Shown piece by piece: positions 60,491 to 64,000 of a stretch of DNA of 64,000 nucleotides. The DNA comes from Nitrospirales bacterium. GTDB lineage: Bacteria > Nitrospirota > Nitrospiria > Nitrospirales > UBA8639. How positions within the stretch are numbered: the stretch's first letter is position 1; every line of letters starts with the position of its first letter. The translations under genes and the position numbers were made by a program. The DNA lies in assembly GCA_963555755.3 (NCBI GenBank), contig OY820905.2, positions 2,560,001-2,624,000 on the forward strand. Direction: 5' to 3'. The notes beneath the pieces were generated by a model. It made no database searches. It saw nothing but the letters and a program-made list of their open reading frames with translations, and was not told the DNA's origin.

Positions 60491-61502
60491 TATGCCTTCC
60501 CATTTAACTAAGGTTGCTTCAGTTTATTGAATCCCAAGGGTTTTGAGCTGCTGGTCAGGATTTTCAACAAACTCTGGAAGGTACTCATTGGAGTCTCACG
60601 GCGGTTATAGCGAAAGACAAACTCATCAAGATAGTGTTGCAGGTATTTTGAATCCACTCCATGGTGAATCCCGTTCAGCCAGGTCTGCAGATTGCCGAAC
60701 GCTCTATGGATGTGTGGAGCGTGCTTCCCAGCACTTGCTGGGTCACCCTGGGTCCGTCTCAGGTGTTCGTATCCTGCCAAGGCTTTTGCCGAGTATCCCT
60801 TCCAACCATCGGACTTGATCTTACTGCCCTCAGCGACATGGCTATTGAGGAATGCTTTGATCTCGTTCTCTCCAGCGTCTTGAAGAATCGCTAATCGTAA
60901 ACGCCCTGCTTTCTCTCGAAAGTGATCCCCTTGTGTGTACGTGACAATTTCTACGGCTCCGGCTATTAACGTCTTGGTTTTCGCTTTCGCGACGCCACGG
61001 CCCGTTTTGCCTTTTACCGGTCCACCGATATGGGTTTCATCGGCTTCAACTGTTCCTGCGAGCCGTTCACGGTTCTGTCGTACCATTCCTCGTCGCAATC
61101 TGTGGAGCAAATACCAGGCGCTATCCACCTTCTTGATACTGAGTTGACGCTGCAATTGCACAGCACTGATGCCAGGTGTGTGCGTGGAGACGAAATAGGC
61201 AGCCCAAAACCAAAGCCGTAGCGGCAAGTGCGATCTATGCATCACTGTGCCGCTTAGCGGTGATGTCTGTCTATGACACGACGAACACTCAAACCGGAAA
61301 TATTTTTTGAGCCACCAACCACCGCGATGACCGCAAGCTGGACACATAAACCCGTCTGGCCACCGAATCGCCCGCAAGTACTCGAAGCACGCTTCTTCGG
61401 TGTGGAACCTAACAGAAAAATCCAAGATATCAGCAGCATACCCTGTGTCCATAGTCCAGCAGACTAGTCTAGGGACTAACCTTAGTCAAATGGGAAGGCA
61501 TA
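60491..61502 (-). mobile_element. IS1595-family element, apparently intact
   Basis: 23 bp IRs with one mismatch; 8 bp TSD TCATCTTA. Confidence 0.93.
60508..61452 (-). CDS. IS1595-family transposase
   Basis: Zn ribbon, VEADET, SDGW, YLDEFVFRYNRR. Confidence 0.93.
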   Translation of the reverse strand: MDTGYAADILDFSVRFHTEEACFEYLRAIRWPDGFMCPACGHRGGWWLKKYFRFECSSCHRQTSPLSGTVMHRSHLPLRLWFWAAYFVSTHTPGISAVQLQRQLSIKKVDSAWYLLHRLRRGMVRQNRERLAGTVEADETHIGGPVKGKTGRGVAKAKTKTLIAGAVEIVTYTQGDHFREKAGRLRLAILQDAGENEIKAFLNSHVAEGSKIKSDGWKGYSAKALAGYEHLRRTQGDPASAGKHAPHIHRAFGNLQTWLNGIHHGVDSKYLQHYLDEFVFRYNRRETPMSTFQSLLKILTSSSKPLGFNKLKQP

Positions 61503-61525
61503 TCATCTTATTTGAATTTCTCTAG

Positions 61526-61630
61526 GAGCCTGTCCGAGATTAGCGATCGTCGCAAGGATGCGCTGGATTTGGCAAGATCTTGCCAAATCCAGCGCATCCG
61601 CAGTAAATCCGTCTAATCTCGGACAGGCTC
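61526..61630. mobile_element. MITE family F, short variant
   Basis: TIR GAGCCTGTCCGAGATT; CTAG on both flanks. Confidence 0.8.
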
Positions 61631-61840
61631 CTAGGATACAATATTATTGTCAATGAATCTAAACAAATTTTTGTATGTGTATATATTTCGGATCAATCAC
61701 AATTTTGGTGGAGTGAGGCTAGCCCCTCGTTTGGTATTCCCGTAAAAGGGGGTCCCGGATGTGGATGCCTAGACCATGCCCCCCACTCCTAGGGTAGTGT
61801 TTCATAAATGCGTGTGCCTATTCGATGAACCTCAGGCTCG

Positions 61841-61934
61841 TGTCATTTCGACCAACGAGAGAAATCCTTGTCTCGAGCAAAGCGAGAGATCTCTTCCAAC
61901 CTTTCAAGGATTTCTCACATCCGTTCGACATGAC
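61841..61934. repeat. TGTCAT...ATGACA palindromic repeat
   Basis: Related to 4822-4897. Confidence 0.6.
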
Positions 61935-62358
61935 ACAAAGGGAAGGCCATTTCCCCATAACCATCACGGTAGAGAGTGAGCGCCCATACGAGCAAGAACA
62001 GAGAGAAACACTAGACGAGAGGTTGATCTTGCCTGCCCTGGTTTAGGGAAAGGGATGGGGTACCTAATAAGGGGCGCCACTACAAGGATGATGCTGTGAC
62101 CCTGGTTCGGCATCACCACAGCATGGCCACACAATAGGCCCCGACTCCACCAAAATTGCCACTGATCCTATATTTCCCCTTAAAGACATTGTTTTGATCA
62201 CCAAAATATTTTATTGAGAAAAATTGGCGCCTTAAATTAAAACTATTTGAAATAACCTCAATTTTCTATCATAAAAAAGGGGAATTATATCGCAAAGTGC
62301 CGAAATCCCTTGACCCGATCCGCCTTCGGCACTATATTGTAAGAACAAGGAGGCGGAC

Positions 62359-63301
62359 ATGACACACAAAGCACCAGGAAAATTCCACCGCAAAGGGCTC
62401 ACGCTGGCAGAGCTTTTCCGCATGTTCCCCGATGACGCGACGGCGGAGCGGTGGTTCGCCGATCAGCGCTGGCCGGAAGGGCCGCATTGTCCCTACTGCG
62501 GCTCGGTGAACGTCCAGTCCGGCGCCAAGCACAAGACCATGCCTTATCGTTGCCGCGAGAAAGAGTGCGCCAAGCGGTTTAGCGTCCGCACCAAGACGCC
62601 CATGGAATCGTCGAAGCTCGGCTTTCATGTCTGGGCGGTCGCGCTGTATCAGGTCACGACAAACCTGAAGGGAGTTTCGAGCATGAAGCTCCACCGCGAT
62701 CTGGGGATCACGCAGCGCTCGGCATGGTTCCTCGCGCATCGCCTTCGTGAAGCCTGGAAGGATCAGGGTTCACAGTTTGTAGGCCCCGTCGAGGTGGACG
62801 AGACGTTCATCGGCGGCAAGGAAAAGAACAAGCACGCCAACAAGAAGCTGCGGGCAGGCCGTGGCGCTGTTGGGAAGGCAATCGTTGTTGGTGCCAAGGA
62901 TCGCGAGACGAACCGCGTGAGTGCCACTGTGGTTAGCAACACAGACGCCAAGACGCTACAGGGTTTCGTCGGCGAGCGCGCAGCCAAGGGAGCGGGGCCG
63001 TCTATACGGACGACCATGGCGGATATCAGGGTATGCCGTTCGAGCACGAAACCGTGAAGCACAGCATCAGCGAATACGTGAACGGGATGGCCCATACCAA
63101 CGGGATCGAATCGTTCTGGGCGCTACTCAAACGCGGCTACCACGGCACCTATCACCACATGAGCGAAAAGGACCTTAGCCGGTATGTTGGAGAATTTGCC
63201 GGACGCCACAATGACCGAAGGGCCGAAACAGTGGATCAGATGATCCGAATGGCGCAGGGCATGATAGGCCAGCGCCTTCGATACTGAGACTTGATTGCGT
63301 A
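62359..63301 (+). pseudogene. IS1595-family transposase with a frameshift near 62995 and a late TGA
   Basis: VEVDETF, then VYTD and HTNGIESFW in another frame; candidate left IR GGGGAATTAT at 62279. Confidence 0.85.
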
Positions 63302-63482
63302 GCGGCTGACCCTTAATCTAATTGGACTTGGCTAACAATCAGCCTTTTTCTCCTGATCGCTCATATTGCTGCTAGTAGACCCAAAGCCGTATTCTGGCTT
63401 TTGGTAACTATACTGCGGTAGATCCTGTTGCTTAAGGGACTCTATTGTTGGTGTCGTTGCTTTCTTTGCCCTCGTCTCTTTT

Positions 63483-64000
63483 TCATCTTGCTGCATGATC
63501 TGTGTCCCTCCGGTTAAGTTGTTCTGAATAGTAGTGCTTACGTTTGATCCACTTAAAGCCTTCGTGCTTTGTCACCGTCGCAATTTCGGTATCACCGCCC
63601 ACAACATTCGCACCAGGCAGAAAAGCAAAATACCTCTTGGTCAGATCCACGAGAAAATCAGCTAGATCAATAGCGTCTTGGACAGGCATGGAAGAGTGTA
63701 CCAACGGCGTCGACACCTCCTGGCACACCGCCGTGATATCCTCAGCGGTCAATTGGCGTTGAACGAGCGCCACATTCATTTCATTGTCTTGACAATGTAT
63801 TAGCCGACTAATTGCCTTTATTTGCCCGCCCCACACTAATTTTTCGTCATCTTCTGCCCTAGCTAATTGCTCCGCCGGATGATTCGTCCCGTTTTCAATT
63901 TTGAATTTCCATACTTCACCCCGCGCACCCTTTGCCCCGTAACCTCCAACCCAAAATTCTAATCCGTGAGGATTGGCTGGCGCAGGGTAAATTGCATTAT
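63483..64000 (-). CDS. Hypothetical protein (5' end outside window), possible IS passenger
   Basis: MPVQDAIDLA..VGG..EIATVTK.EGFKW tail resembles proteasome-beta/Ntn-like proteins. Confidence 0.55.
   Translation of the reverse strand, partial: NAIYPAPANPHGLEFWVGGYGAKGARGEVWKFKIENGTNHPAEQLARAEDDEKLVWGGQIKAISRLIHCQDNEMNVALVQRQLTAEDITAVCQEVSTPLVHSSMPVQDAIDLADFLVDLTKRYFAFLPGANVVGGDTEIATVTKHEGFKWIKRKHYYSEQLNRRDTDHAAR

Overview
A 64 kb bacterial chromosomal window. Gene content and organisation suggest a marine Nitrospirota-like organism, but this is inference only. Left part (1-18 kb) is accessory/defence DNA: an OmpA + VIT-vWA(LPQTA) + class GN sortase locus with a duplicated sortase, two toxin-antitoxin modules, and a type I R-M operon. 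That operon has two extra genes inserted and an hsdS scrambled exactly in its second recognition domain. It is followed by three ~141-145 bp miniature Y1/RAYT-transposase-derived repeats that separate single gene units like a cassette array. At 23.3-26.1 kb an RT-encoding group II intron sits inside domain V of an ORF-less group II intron (twintron); both EBS1/IBS1 pairings are visible. At 32.8-37.5 kb an IS3 composite transposon carrying an AT-rich BCCT transporter has landed inside a MITE. The rest is housekeeping genes (ppx, recG, rpmB, msrB, lolA, ftsK, gcvT, FKBP and others) interspersed with at least six MITE families, often nested in one another, and two IS1595-family elements. No rRNA, tRNA or CRISPR array was recognised.
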